The translations under genes and the position numbers were made by a program. Below, piece after piece: positions 34,383 through 45,681 of a stretch of DNA of 64,000 nucleotides. Below the pieces are notes generated by a model. The model was not told the origin of the DNA. It worked only from the letters and a program-made list of their open reading frames with translations, and searched no databases. Source of the DNA: Prasinococcaceae sp. CCMP 1430 (Eukaryota; Plantae; Prasinodermophyta); contig RQSC01000523.1 in NCBI GenBank assembly GCA_013416795.1, positions 40,642 through 104,641 of the forward strand, written 5' to 3'. Each line of letters opens with the position of its first letter. Position 1 is the stretch's first letter.

Positions 34383-36218
34383 TCACTCCAGCCTGCTGCC
34401 TGGCAGCGTAGCGCTGATGGAGGCGCTTGTGAACGCGATGGCGGCGGCGATGCCGCACGAGATGGCGTAGTTGCCCATCCGGTCGAAGAGCGCGCCCGCC
34501 ATCAGCGGTGCGAGCACCCCTGCCGCGCCCCACGTGGCGAAGACGCGGCCGTACACGTCGCTGAAGCGCTCTGGGAAGAGGCGAGAGGTCACCGCCGGGA
34601 GGCATGTCATCGTGGCGCCATAGCAGCACCCCACCACGGCCAGCGCGACGCCCGCGAGCCCCCCGGGGCCGGCCGCCAGAGTGGCGCACGCCAGCGCCGA
34701 CACCGTGCTGGCCCCCACGAGCACTCGCTTGGCGCCGCGCGGCGAGGCGTCGGCGGCGGCGCCCGCGCCGATCCGGCCGAAGAAGTTGGCCAGCGAAGCG
34801 CCCGACACCACGCTCGCGGCGGCACAGGCCGCACCGCCCGCGGCCTGCCAGATGCCCGCGGCGTGCGCGATGGTCATCAGCCCCGCGGTGGCGCCTGTGG
34901 CGCACGCGAGCTGAAGGCGGAGCACGGCGCTGCCGGCGGCGGCCGTGGGCTGCCGTCGCGCGGGCGAGGGAAGCTGGGGTCAGAGGCACGCCACGGCAGC
35001 GCCATTAGCGCTACGCAGGCAGGCCATGCGCGCGCACAGGGCACGGCAAGCGCACGGCGCGCTCACAAGCGCGTGTGCATATGCGCGTGCATGTGCGTGC
35101 GCCTGCGCGCGCGCGCGCGCGTCCCACCTTGGCGTCCCCGCTCGCGGCCTTTGCCGGTTTCTTGGGCATAGGCAGCTGCAGACCCGACGCGGCGTAGAGC
35201 GCCCACGCGGGGATGGCGAGCGCCACCAGGATGATCCCCAGCTGCAAAAGGGTGGCGTGGGCACCGAATTCGGCGACGCGCGCCTGTCCGTGCGCGTGCG
35301 CGCGTGTGTTGCGAGTGATGCGCCGATCGATCCTCTGTCAGAATCCCGTACTCCTACGCCAGCTGCGACGCGCCAACAGAGCGCGCAGAGGGGCAAGGGC
35401 AGACGACGCAGTCGCCAGCGCGCGCACCTTGAGCAGCTGCGAGAAAAACACGGGTGTGGCGACGTAGCCGCCCACCGCGAGGCCCGTGGCGATGCCCTTG
35501 GGCAGCCTCTCGAAAGCGCTGCCCTTGACGCCCATCATGTTGGCGGTGGCGAGGGACGCGCCGTATCCGATGCCGTTGGCGGCGCCGAAGCACAGCCCGA
35601 AGCCGATGAGGAGCGCCGCGAAGGACTGCGGCAGCCCGCCCGCGAGAGCGAGGCCCACGCCGCCAAGCGCGAGTGAGGCGCCCGCGGCGAGCGGCGTTGG
35701 CGCGCGCGCGACCAGGCGCGGTGCCACGGCCATCGTCGTGGCGAATGTCGCCGTCGCCAGGCCGAAAGGCACGGACAGCGCCGCGCGGCCCATGCCAGTG
35801 GCCTCCTGCAGCGGGGCCAGGAACACCGACCAAGTGTACAGGCTGTGCGCGCGCGCGCGTGCGCGCACGTGCGTGTGCGTGCGTGTGTGTGCGAGCGCGG
35901 GCCGCGCCGTGTGAGCTCGCGAGCGATTTCGGGGCAGCACTCGCGCTGCGAGCGCGCGGCCTTTGATCTCTCGCGCCCTCCCACGCCCACCCACACTCCC
36001 TCTTGTCACGCTCGAGCGTGCACGTACGCGCAGGCGCGCTGCCCCACCTTCCGAGCGCGACGTTCAGGATGATCGCGCCCGAGACGGCACACAGCGGCGC
36101 CGCGATCGACGCAGCGAACGACGTGATGGGCTCCTCCGGGTCGGCGTCCACGACGGCAGCGCCAGCCGCGGCTGCGCGCGCGGCCACCCTTCGCGGCGCT
36201 GGCGCGCGCGCGCGCTTC
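34383..36218 (-). CDS. MFS transporter, OFA/OxlT-like, multi-exon; 5' end lost in the gap
   Basis: SLYTWSVFLAPL, GLCFGAANGIGYGA, GIATGLAVGGY, ANFFGRIGAG, GCCYGATMTCLPAVTSRLF and VYGRVFATWGAAGVLAP. Confidence 0.85.
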
Positions 36219-36803
36219 NNNNNNNNNNNNNNNNNNNNNNNNNNNNNNNNNNNNNNNNNNNNNNNNNNNNNNNNNNNNNNNNNNNNNNNNNNNNNNNNNN
36301 NNNNNNNNNNNNNNNNNNNNNNNNNNNNNNNNNNNNNNNNNNNNNNNNNNNNNNNNNNNNNNNNNNNNNNNNNNNNNNNNNNNNNNNNNNNNNNNNNNNN
36401 NNNNNNNNNNNNNNNNNNNNNNNNNNNNNNNNNNNNNNNNNNNNNNNNNNNNNNNNNNNNNNNNNNNNNNNNNNNNNNNNNNNNNNNNNNNNNNNNNNNN
36501 NNNNNNNNNNNNNNNNNNNNNNNNNNNNNNNNNNNNNNNNNNNNNNNNNNNNNNNNNNNNNNNNNNNNNNNNNNNNNNNNNNNNNNNNNNNNNNNNNNNN
36601 NNNNNNNNNNNNNNNNNNNNNNNNNNNNNNNNNNNNNNNNNNNNNNNNNNNNNNNNNNNNNNNNNNNNNNNNNNNNNNNNNNNNNNNNNNNNNNNNNNNN
36701 NNNNNNNNNNNNNNNNNNNNNNNNNNNNNNNNNNNNNNNNNNNNNNNNNNNNNNNNNNNNNNNNNNNNNNNNNNNNNNNNNNNNNNNNNNNNNNNNNNNN
36801 NNN
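36219..36803. other. Assembly gap (N run)
   Basis: Run of N. Confidence 1.
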
Positions 36804-37134
36804 CGGCGCGCCCCTGCGCCGCGCTGCGCCCACGCGCGCAGCGCAGAGGGCGGACGACGCCCCCGCCGCCCCGCTGAAAAAAACTACGATACCAGTTGCT
36901 CAATTTTTATTTATTTTATTTTATTTTATTTCATTTTATTGGGCCGCAAGGCCAGAGGCCCAGCCGGCGAGGCGGGGGGCGCGAGGCAGCCGCTGCGCGC
37001 TCGCTCGCATGCGAGAATTTAACGCCTACTTTTTTCACTTCAATTTCGAGCCATATACGGAAAGATTCATATTCGTATATACTACAGGTGTCGGCATTTG
37101 CGTCCCGTCGAAAAACTGGACGCCGCGCGCCCTA

Positions 37135-37689
37135 ATGGGTGGCGTGCGTCGCGCGCGCCGCTCCGCCTCACGCCGGCGTGTGCCCGCGCTCTAGCGCCCG
37201 TCGCCGCGCCCGACGGCGGGCGGGCGCTGCCGGCGCGCGAGGTGCGCGGCGCTCGACGTCGACGCGTCGACCGTCCTGCAGGGGGTGCCCGCACTGGCCA
37301 TCGTGTTCGCGGCGCGCGGCCTCGCGCTGGGCGCGGGCAAGAAGATGCTCGACATGAAGATGCAGGAGAACCTCGCGGCGTGCGAGGAGCGCGGCATCGA
37401 CATCAGCGACATGTACGCGGACGAGGAGACGTACGGGGAGGCGTACAGGAACCGACCGTGGTTCCTCGTGGGCCCGTGGACGCCCATCAAGCCGGGCGAG
37501 CCCAAGTTCGAGCCGACCAAGTTCAACGGCGTGCTCCGCCAGTGCGTGAAGATCCACGACGCGAGGATCGAGGCCAAGGAGCTGGGCGTCGACCTCAGCG
37601 ACGTGACGGAGGAGACGTACGGCATCAAGCAATGGCAGGAAATCTACAAGCGCATGGAGGCCGGCCGCAAGGCCGCGGGAAAGGCCTGA
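37135..37689 (+). CDS. Hypothetical protein, probably plastid-targeted with one TM segment and an internal duplicated motif; candidate micro-exon 37135-37143 and intron 37144-37194
   Basis: Very strong GC3 bias over 37240-37689; Arg-rich presequence, then hydrophobic GVPALAIVFAARGLALG. The 5' exon model is tentative. Confidence 0.7.
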
Positions 37690-37784
37690 GACCGCGCGGG
37701 CGCCGTAAATCCCCTGGAGAGCTCTCACCCCCTGCCGCCCTCCCAAGCCCCAGCCCCAGCCGCGGCCGCCGCCGCGAGCGGAGG

Positions 37785-38694
37785 CCTCCAGGCTGAGTCG
37801 CTCGCTCACAACCTCCACCTCAATCGCTGCCGGCGCCATATTGACGCCGACGGGTGTCGCGGCTGCCCTGCGCGAGGCCATCGCACTGTAATTGACTCCC
37901 ACGCACCCGGCAATGTCGACATCGTCCAGCATTGGAATGCCGCTTCGAGGATGCCACCACTGCTCGTCCGCGTCCAGCACGTCCAGCGCGCTCAGGCGCA
38001 GGCCTGCGATGTCAATGCTGATTTGTATGCCACCGCGCTCATCTGGCTCGCTCACCACTACAACGTGAGACGCGCGACCTGTGAGCGCCCGTCCTGACTC
38101 AGTGTTCTGAGGCAACGCGATGAGGGGATCGTTGACGCGCACCGACACGCGGGATTTGAACTCGTCCTGGGCTGCCACCGTTTTGGCAGCCTCGGCGGCC
38201 GCCTCCGCTACAGCGTCCACAGTTGGTTTCAGGAAGGTCCAGAAGGCCGGGTCCAAGAAGAATGCGGTAACATCGAGGATGAAGCGGTTGAGATACACAA
38301 CGCGAACGCCGTGAATGACCATTTCGACCAAGCAGTCCATGTTTGTGTTGGATCTCGCCTTGGCGCGCTCATCGCCGAGCAGGGTCATTTCGAAAGTCGC
38401 TAGGACGCCATCGTCTGCCTCGCCGATCGGCGACAAAAGGGTGCGCCACACTTCGGCGCGTCGGTCACCGTCGATCACCACGAGATTGTTGGCGCGCACC
38501 CAGAGCTTCGTGTCGCCCTCCCGCTTCTCAGCACTCGCACTCACGCCGCTGAGATCAAAGACGCCCATCGCGGGCCCGGTGCCGGCGCGAAGCGCCAGAA
38601 TGACCGCACCACATTCAAAATGGACTCTCCACGACGCAAGGGCAGTCGGCATGCTTGCGCTGCGGTCATCGCCAGCTTCAACGTAGACTCGAGT
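37785..38694 (-). pseudogene. Isolated internal fragment of a VPS13 (chorein) family gene
   Basis: Reads DCLVEMVIHGVRVVYLNRFILDVTAFF...RVSVRVNDPLIALPQNTES, a VPS13 repeating beta-groove pattern. The frame is open up to the single N at 38695, and there is no room for the rest of a gene that normally exceeds 9 kb. Confidence 0.65.
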
Positions 38695-38695
38695 N

Positions 38696-38966
38696 ACCGC
38701 GCGCGGCGGTGGCGCCGGCCGCCGGCCGCCGCGACGCTGCGCGCATGGGCAACTCCAACCCGAACGGCCTCTTCGCGCCGATCGTCCGGCTGACCGCCAA
38801 CATCATGGGCCGCAAGAAGTTCAACAGCTTCAGGGGTAAGATCATCGCGAAGCACTCGAACGTGATCGGCGCCTTCTGCACCACCATGGGCGCCGACAAC
38901 CAAATGAAGAAGGGCCTCATCAAGCTCGCGAAGGACAACGGCGGCGAGCTGGGCTTCCTCGCGTAA
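38696..38966 (+). CDS. PGR5: Proton gradient regulation 5; transit peptide truncated at the N (38695)
   Basis: GLFAPIVRLTANIMGRKKFNSFRGKIIAKHSNVIGAFCTTMGAD...LIKLAKDNGGELGFLA* matches the PGR5 mature protein, including the terminal LGFLA. Confidence 0.93.
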
Positions 38967-39352
38967 GCGCGGCCTTGCTGGAGAGCGTGTCGGCGGCGCC
39001 CGGCGCAGACCTCGCGCACGCACGCACGCACGCACGCAAGCACGCACGCGCACCGGAGGTAACGCACATGCACATTTTTTTAGCCTCGAGGAGTCAGTGC
39101 CTGGGCCGAGGGCGCGCGCGGGGGCGCGCCTGCGCGCACTGTGTGCATCGCGCGCGCGCGCGTGACTGCCCTCGCGTCCGAACGAGTGCTGGTGTCGATG
39201 ACGAGATATTAGAAGTAGTACATAGTGCACACACACGCGCGCGCGCGCGCGTGAGATGGTGGTGACTGGGAAGAGGTGCCGTCGCGTCGCACTACGCCGC
39301 CAGGGCGGCCTCACGAGGCCTGCCGAGGAGCGCTCGCCGCGCCGCGCCCGGC

Positions 39353-40120
39353 TCACTGCACGCAGGAGCTGCGCTGCGCGCTGGAAAGCCTGCCGTCTTG
39401 CTCTTGCTGCTGCTCGAGGAACATGGCGAGCTGTTCGGCGGCGCATTCCTGCTCGTCCAGGGCGAATCCAGTCGCGCTGGCGGCGCCGCTGCCGGCGAAC
39501 ACCAGGCTCGCCTCGCGTCGGAACACCCACTGCGCGCCATGTGCGATGACGCTCAAAAGGCCGTGCGTGCTCGTGCTCGTGGGGGCACTGACGTGCGAGT
39601 TGGCGCGATGCCTGCGCAGGCGGAGGAGCGGCGCTGGATGGGAGCGGGTGCCGCGCCATCTCATGCTGCCGGCGCTCTGCGTGCCGCCTGCGGGGGCGAA
39701 CACCTTGGAGCTCCCGTCGGCAATCGCGCTCACGGCGTCGCGCGCAGCCGCCGCCCGCCGCATGGCCTCGCTCGCGCGCCGGCGCGCCCACAACACGTAC
39801 CCGCGCGTCACTCCGCGGCGCCGGGACGCCACCGCCGCCGAGTCCGCATCGGCGGCGGCCANGATGGGTGCGACGAAGCAATCCTTGTTGCTGCCCCTTC
39901 CCGACGTGCCTCCACTAGCTCCTCTTTCCGCGTTTGCGCCCGCCCAACTCCCCTCGACATCCACAGTCCGTCCCGTTTCGGTGCCCCTGACGTTCTCAGC
40001 TTCACCGTCTTGTGCAGCGGCCGCGCGCCGCGCGCGCGGCCTCCCGCCTGCCTCACGCCCGGATCGGGATCGCCCCGCACCCGCTAAAAAAAAAAAATCA
40101 AACCCCATCAGTCTAATCAC
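39353..40120 (-). CDS. Possible hypothetical protein (frame and strand uncertain)
   Basis: There is an open frame with a single N at 39862 but no recognisable motif. Confidence 0.2.
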   Translation of the reverse strand: MIRLMGFDFFFLAGAGRSRSGREAGGRPRARRAAAAQDGEAENVRGTETGRTVDVEGSWAGANAERGASGGTSGRGSNKDCFVAPIXAAADADSAAVASRRRGVTRGYVLWARRRASEAMRRAAAARDAVSAIADGSSKVFAPAGGTQSAGSMRWRGTRSHPAPLLRLRRHRANSHVSAPTSTSTHGLLSVIAHGAQWVFRREASLVFAGSGAASATGFALDEQECAAEQLAMFLEQQQEQDGRLSSAQRSSCVQ

Positions 40121-40930
40121 CAGTCAGCGTCCTCGCCCGGTTGGGCCGTAGCGCGGTCGGTCAGTCAGTCAGGCGCACTTCGATCCGAAACGCAACGCGG
40201 CGGCTCGAATTGCGTGCCATCTGTCTGACGTGCGCGCGAGCGAGCGCCATTGCAGGACTTACATGTACAACAAGCCCTCAATTTCAGACCCTGCTCTACT
40301 TTACCCCAATTATGCCATTTGGAACGCGGACGGCGTGCAGACAGGCAGGGGTGCCCAAAAGCATCGCTCGCCTCGCCGGGCGGATGCACGCCCGGCTAAG
40401 AGCGGGTTCCAGCGCGCGCCGCTCGCGGCCGGGGCGCGCGGTTCCGGCTCTATCCCCCGCCGCTCATCGAGGCTTTGCACGGTACGCACAGTGTACCATC
40501 ACTCTGCTCCGTGTTGAATTTAAAAAAGTGACTCGTTCGTTTTGATATACGTATAGGGTCTTACCCCAATGGTGCGTACATTCGCGTGTGGCACCCGAAC
40601 CTCCGGCCCGCGCGATCCGGCGCCCCGGCCCCGTTGCTCCGCGGGCGCCGAAAAACCCTTGTTCGCGCGCCGCCGCGCCGCGCCCCGCGAAAAAAAGAAA
40701 AAAAAGAGGTTGAGGTCCGGATGTTTGGGGGAGGGTTCGTATGTCGTGCACATCGCGTTGATTGCGATGGGGCGGAAGCGTCACGACCGGACGTCGCGCG
40801 GCGCCGGGCGGGTCCCGGTCCGTCGGCCGGCCAAAAAAAAGAAAAAAAGAAAAAAAGGGATGGATGGCGGGCTGTGACTGCGGTGGGAGGGAGGGAGGGC
40901 GTGCGGGCGGTGAGGGGGCGGGGGGCCGCG

Positions 40931-42312
40931 ATGGCGCAGTGGCTGAAGGACTCGTACTCCAAGGCGCGCAAGGCCGTGCTGGACCTCTCCGATGAGGAGG
41001 CGCTGGTGGAGGAAGCCACCAACGAGGAGCCGTGGGGCCCTCACGGCCAGACGATGTCGAAGATCGCCGACGCGACGCACTCGCGCGACATGGAGAAGTT
41101 CTCCGACATCATGAGGACACTCTGGCGCCGCATCGCCGAGGGCACCAAGCCCGGGGGCAACGAGCGCTGGCGGCGCTCGTACAAGGGGCTGCTCGTGGTG
41201 GACCACCTGCTCAAGCACGGGAGCACGCGCTGCGTGGACGAGATCTCCAGGCAGACGCACGTCATCGAGACGCTGTACCGCTTCAAGTTCGTCGACGACA
41301 AACAGCGCGACCAGGGCCTCAACGTGCGCGAGAAGGCCAAGAAAATCGGCGAGCTGCTGCAGGACACGGACCGGCTCAAGGCCGAGCGGCAGAGGGCGCG
41401 CGAGAACAAGTCCAAGTACTCGGGGATGAGCTCGGTGGACTACCGCTCGGGCGGACTCGGCGGCGGGGGCTACACCAGGCCGTCGACCCAAGACGGCGGC
41501 CGCATCGCCAGCCAGGGCTTCGGCTCGAGCTCGGCCGCGAGCGGCGGCAGCAGCAGCGTCGGCGGGAGCAACAGCAACGACATCGGCGCCTCTCCGGCGC
41601 GGCGCGCAGGCGCGACGTCCGGCGCGGAGGACGACGAGGCGCTCAGGGCGTACAAGGCGCAGATGGCCGCCAAGCGCGCAGCTGCTGCGGGCGGCGCTGC
41701 GCCTGCGCCCGCACCCGCGCAGGCCCCAGCCGCCCCGCTGCCAGACCTGATTGGAGGCTTCGACGAGGCGCCGGTGGCCGCTGCGCCGCCGCAGGAAGAT
41801 CTCTTCGCCGCGGCGCCAGCCGTCGCGCCGCCGGTCCCCCCGCCCTCGGCCGCGGCCGTGCCCAAGCTCGCGCCTCCCGGCGGTGCCGCCGCCGCAGCGC
41901 CCGCGGTCGACAACAGCTGGGGCGCTTTCGACAGCGCGCCCAACGCGGGCGCGCCCGCTGCTGCGGCGGACCCCTTCGCACCGGCACCCTCAGCGCCGGC
42001 GCCTGCACCCGCACCCTCGGGTGACCCGCTCGGCGGATTGGAGGACCTCTTCGGTGGCATGTCAACCGGGGCGAGCGCGCCGGCGCCTGCCCCCGCCGCT
42101 GCCCCGACGGCCGTCCCCGCACTTGACGAGAACTTGTTCAGCAGCGTGCCGCAGCAGCAGGGCATGGGCTCGATGCCGCCGGCGCAGCAGCAGCAACAGC
42201 AGCAAGGCTTCGCTGCGTTTGGCGGTGGGAAGCCTGGGGGCAACGCGGGCATGGGTATGGGCATGGGCATGCCGACTCAACAGAGCATGGGCGTGGGCAC
42301 GGGCATGGGCAT

Positions 42313-42344
<32 letters not shown>

Positions 42345-42727
42345 GGCAGCATGCCTTCGCGACGTTCGGCGGCCAGCAGGTGGGCAGCAACGCGGGCATG
42401 GGCATGGGCATGCCGACGCCACACATGCAGGCGTCGCAGCAGGCGCCTCTCCAGCAGGACTTCGGCGCATTCAACACCGCGCCGGGTATGAGCATGGGTG
42501 GGCAGCCTCAGCAGCGGCAACAGCAACAGCAGCGCTCGCCTCCGATACCGATGGGCGTCGGCGCAGGCAGGTTGCCGCCGACGAACACGAACATGTTCGC
42601 CGGCCACAGTCTATCTCCGCAGAAGTCTGGCGAGGGCCTTCTCAACGCCGGTGTGATCGGCGGGCTGACGCCGCAGCCGACTGGCGCCCTCGATGACGAC
42701 TTCGCGGGGCTGTACACCAAGAAGTGA
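40931..42727 (+). CDS. ENTH-domain epsin/EpsinR-type clathrin adaptor
   Basis: EEATNEEPWGPHG, WRRSYKGLLVVDHLLKHGS, FVDDKQRDQGLNVREKAKKI and ERQRARENKSKY, then a disordered tail with DLF/DPF motifs and M/G/Q-rich repeats. Confidence 0.93.
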
Positions 42728-42897
42728 GCACGGAGCGTTCGGGCGGCCGCGAAGCACAGGCCGACAAGCCTGTCGCTCGCGCGCCGGGTGGCACCAGGCT
42801 TTGGTCGCGCGGTTGCGCAGGTATATGTTACAGGATTACAGCGCCCGCCCATTTGGTGTGCGGTATAGTACAACTGTCGGATGTTGGAGTCTTTCGG

Positions 42898-43826
42898 TCA
42901 CCTTTTCTTGCGCTTGCCCGCCTTGGGCGTGTTCGCCGTGACGATGCCCGCCTGGCGCTCGAGCTCCCTCTGTGCGGCCTCGCGCTTGGCGGACTTCTTG
43001 CGGATGCCCTGCAGCATGCGCAGCGGCATTTTCTGGCCTTTCTCCTTGCGCGCGCCCAACGCGAGCAACTTGCGCGTCTCATACTCCTTCTTTGCCTTGC
43101 CCTCGAGCTGCGACGCGCCCAGCTCGGTCACCTCCTTCTGCAGGGAGGCGAACTCGGCGCGGAAGGCTGCGGCCTCGCTCAGGGGCTGGCCGTCGACACC
43201 GAGGTTGGCCTTTGCCTTGCCCCCATCGGCCTTCGCCGCAGGCTGGAGCGCGCAATGCATGCCGTGTCAGCCGCGCGTGGCTCGAGAGAGAGTCTCCGCA
43301 ACACTCGCTCAAGGCCGAGCGGCGCGCACGCCGGCGCCGGCGCCTCAAGCCTACCTTGCTGAAGATTGCGTCGATGTCCGATGACAGCAGCGCCTTGCGC
43401 TCCGCGCGTAGCTGCTCGGCGCTCATGTGACCCGCTCGTCGCTCACCCGCTCCGTCCCTCGCGTCGGCCTCGCCCAGCCTTTTGCGTTTGGCCGCCTTGG
43501 CCGCCTGGCGGGCGCGCGCAGGTGCGAGCGGGTCAGCTCATGCGTGGCGGCGCGTTGTGGGCCGAGCGCATCGTGCGTTGCAGCAGAGGCTATGCAATCG
43601 CGGGCAAGGGCAGGGGTGGGGGGAGGGAAGCCAGAGCGCGCGCACGCACCCTCCTCTCGGCGTCCTTGGCCTCCCTACGCCTCCGCTCCTCCTCCGCGCG
43701 CTCTTCGCGCTGCCGCCGCCGCGCCGCGGCGGCCGCCTCGTCCCGCCGCCGCTCCTCGGCGTCGTCGAACGACGCCATGAAGCTCTCGCCGAGCGCTGCG
43801 AGCACGTCCTCCGCGGAGCGACCCAT
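42898..43826 (-). CDS. Faf1/DUF4602-like small-subunit ribosome biogenesis factor; exons 43826-43650, 43504-43355 and 43242-42898
   Basis: LAALGESFMASF N-terminal motif and LGARKEKGQKMPLRMLQGIRKK...RELERQAGIV C-terminal motif. Two GT..AG introns join the exons in frame. Confidence 0.7.
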
Positions 43827-44502
43827 CGCGACCGCCTCGCCGAGTGCGCCGCGGGCGCGCTCTGGCGCGCGAGCGCGCCAGCCCTTCCCCCCTCCCAGCC
43901 GCCGCCCACACAGCGCCAGCGAGGCCGCCCCCGGCCGCCGCCCAGGGACACGAGCGCGATACCAGTTACAGTACGAGCTGTCGAGAAGCCGCGCTGGCCG
44001 CGCTGTCCCTCAAAAATCCGATGTATCTGACGGTCGTCTCGCCCCGGCGCAGCGCACCGGTCTCGCGTGGTGGCGCTCTCGACCACGTATTTCATCCACT
44101 CCCGCGTCCGCGCGACGACATCGCGGGCTGGCCGGCTGGCCGTCGACGAAGAAGAAGATCGCGCGAAGCTCCCCGCATCGCCGGTGATCGTGATCGCGCC
44201 CGTATCAAAACGAAAGTGACGATGCTTTTTATACCAAAGTGATCGTCCGGAGAGCCGCGCCGAAACTGCACACCCCGTCATTTCTGATGGATGACTTACA
44301 TTATCGATCGAACCACTCCGCCTTCCAAATGAGATATGGAAACTATATCAAAAAGGATGGCGCCGCCACCCCGCCGGGAAAATGCATGAAGTTTCGCCTC
44401 AGTGCGCTTTTGGCTGCCGCGCACCTTCGCCTTCGGTGGTGGCGCGCGGCGTGGCGCCGGGCGCCACAGCGCGCCCGCAGACCGCCCCCCCCCGTCGCAG
44501 CC

Positions 44503-45326
44503 ATGATCAACGACGCCGGCGAGAACATCGACCTCTACATCCCGCGCAAGTGGTGCGTGCTCGCGCGCTGTGCGCGCCACGCGGCGATCGCGCGAGGCAC
44601 GGCCACCGCACCCGAATGGGCGTTGGCGGCTGCGTGCTAGGGTTCCGCAGCAAGCGGCGCAGAGGGCGGGGGCGGCGGCTGCGCGCTTGCGCCTGGGGAG
44701 AGGGCGTGACGGCGGTCGAAGGACTCCGTCGGCCGCCGCTCGCTCCCCCACGAACCCGCCCTTGCGCGCCGTCTGCAGTCCTGTGGACGCGCCGCGGAGG
44801 GCAGCGCTGCGCGTCGCCTGCGGCGACTGCGAGCGCCCGCATCTGTGAGCGCATGCGTTTTGATGGGTTGGAGGCACCGGCCACCAGCAGGGGTCGGGAG
44901 GTGGCTGGCGCCGCGAGCGCGCGGGCGGGCGCGCACCTGCCCATGGAGCGGCCCGGGGCGTCGCGCTCGCCCAGAGTGCTCGTGGTGGGCGCGCGCGGGC
45001 GCTCGGTGGCGTTGCTTGGGACAGGAGGGCCTGTGGCGACTGCGATATGCTGGCGCCCCTAGCGATGATGTGCCGCTGACCGCCCGGCCGCCGCTCCCGC
45101 TGCTCGCAACCACGCTACAAACAGCTCGTGGACCAACAGGCTGATCACGGCCAAGGACCACGCCGCCGTGCAGCTTAACATCGCGCACCTGGACGAGTCC
45201 GGCGTGTACACCGGCGCGTGCACCACCTTTGCGATCGCTGGCAAGACCCGCTCCATGGGCGAGTCGGACAGCGCGCTCGACCACCTCTGGTCCAAGAAGA
45301 AGGGCGAGGTTGGGCAGCACTTCTGA
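44503..45326 (+). CDS. RPS21: 40S ribosomal protein S21 (eS21); exons 44503-44552 and 45125-45326
   Basis: [17 protein letters not shown]|[20 protein letters not shown]...[12 protein letters not shown], 83 aa after splicing. Confidence 0.97.
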
Positions 45327-45681
45327 GTGGCTACACATCGCGCATGCCCTCTCTGCGCCAGTAGGGAGGGGTAGCGCGCGCACTCAAACGCAGCTGCAGC
45401 GGGACTTGTAATGTTGATTGCCGGTGGCGACCGGTCTTTCCCCTCGTGAGGCACTCGCGCGCCTTGAGAAGGCGAAACGCGAGACCAGGCGCGAGGGGCG
45501 GCCGGCGCCTCCCCGAGTGCCACGCGCGCGCTGCCCTGACGGCGGCAGGTCCCAGGTGTGATTGCGCGGTATTACATCACCAAGGGTGCACGAGCGGAGG
45601 GCCTCGGCTGGCCGCCCGCGGGCATCTGCGCCAGGAATCGCGGGCGCTGGACAGGCGCGCCGCTGCCTTACAGGTGACCTG

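Noticed and set aside
36885-43960. Shared 11-mer CGATACCAGTT at about 36887 and 43947 as a promoter motif
   Set aside because: Chance 11-mer matches are common among 64 kb of sequence, and there are only two instances.
43950-44400. Intergenic region between the Faf1-like gene and RPS21 as an snRNA, snoRNA or small ORF
   Set aside because: I recognised no U1/U2/U3/U6/SRP signature, and the ORFs lack coding bias; it is treated as a divergent promoter region.
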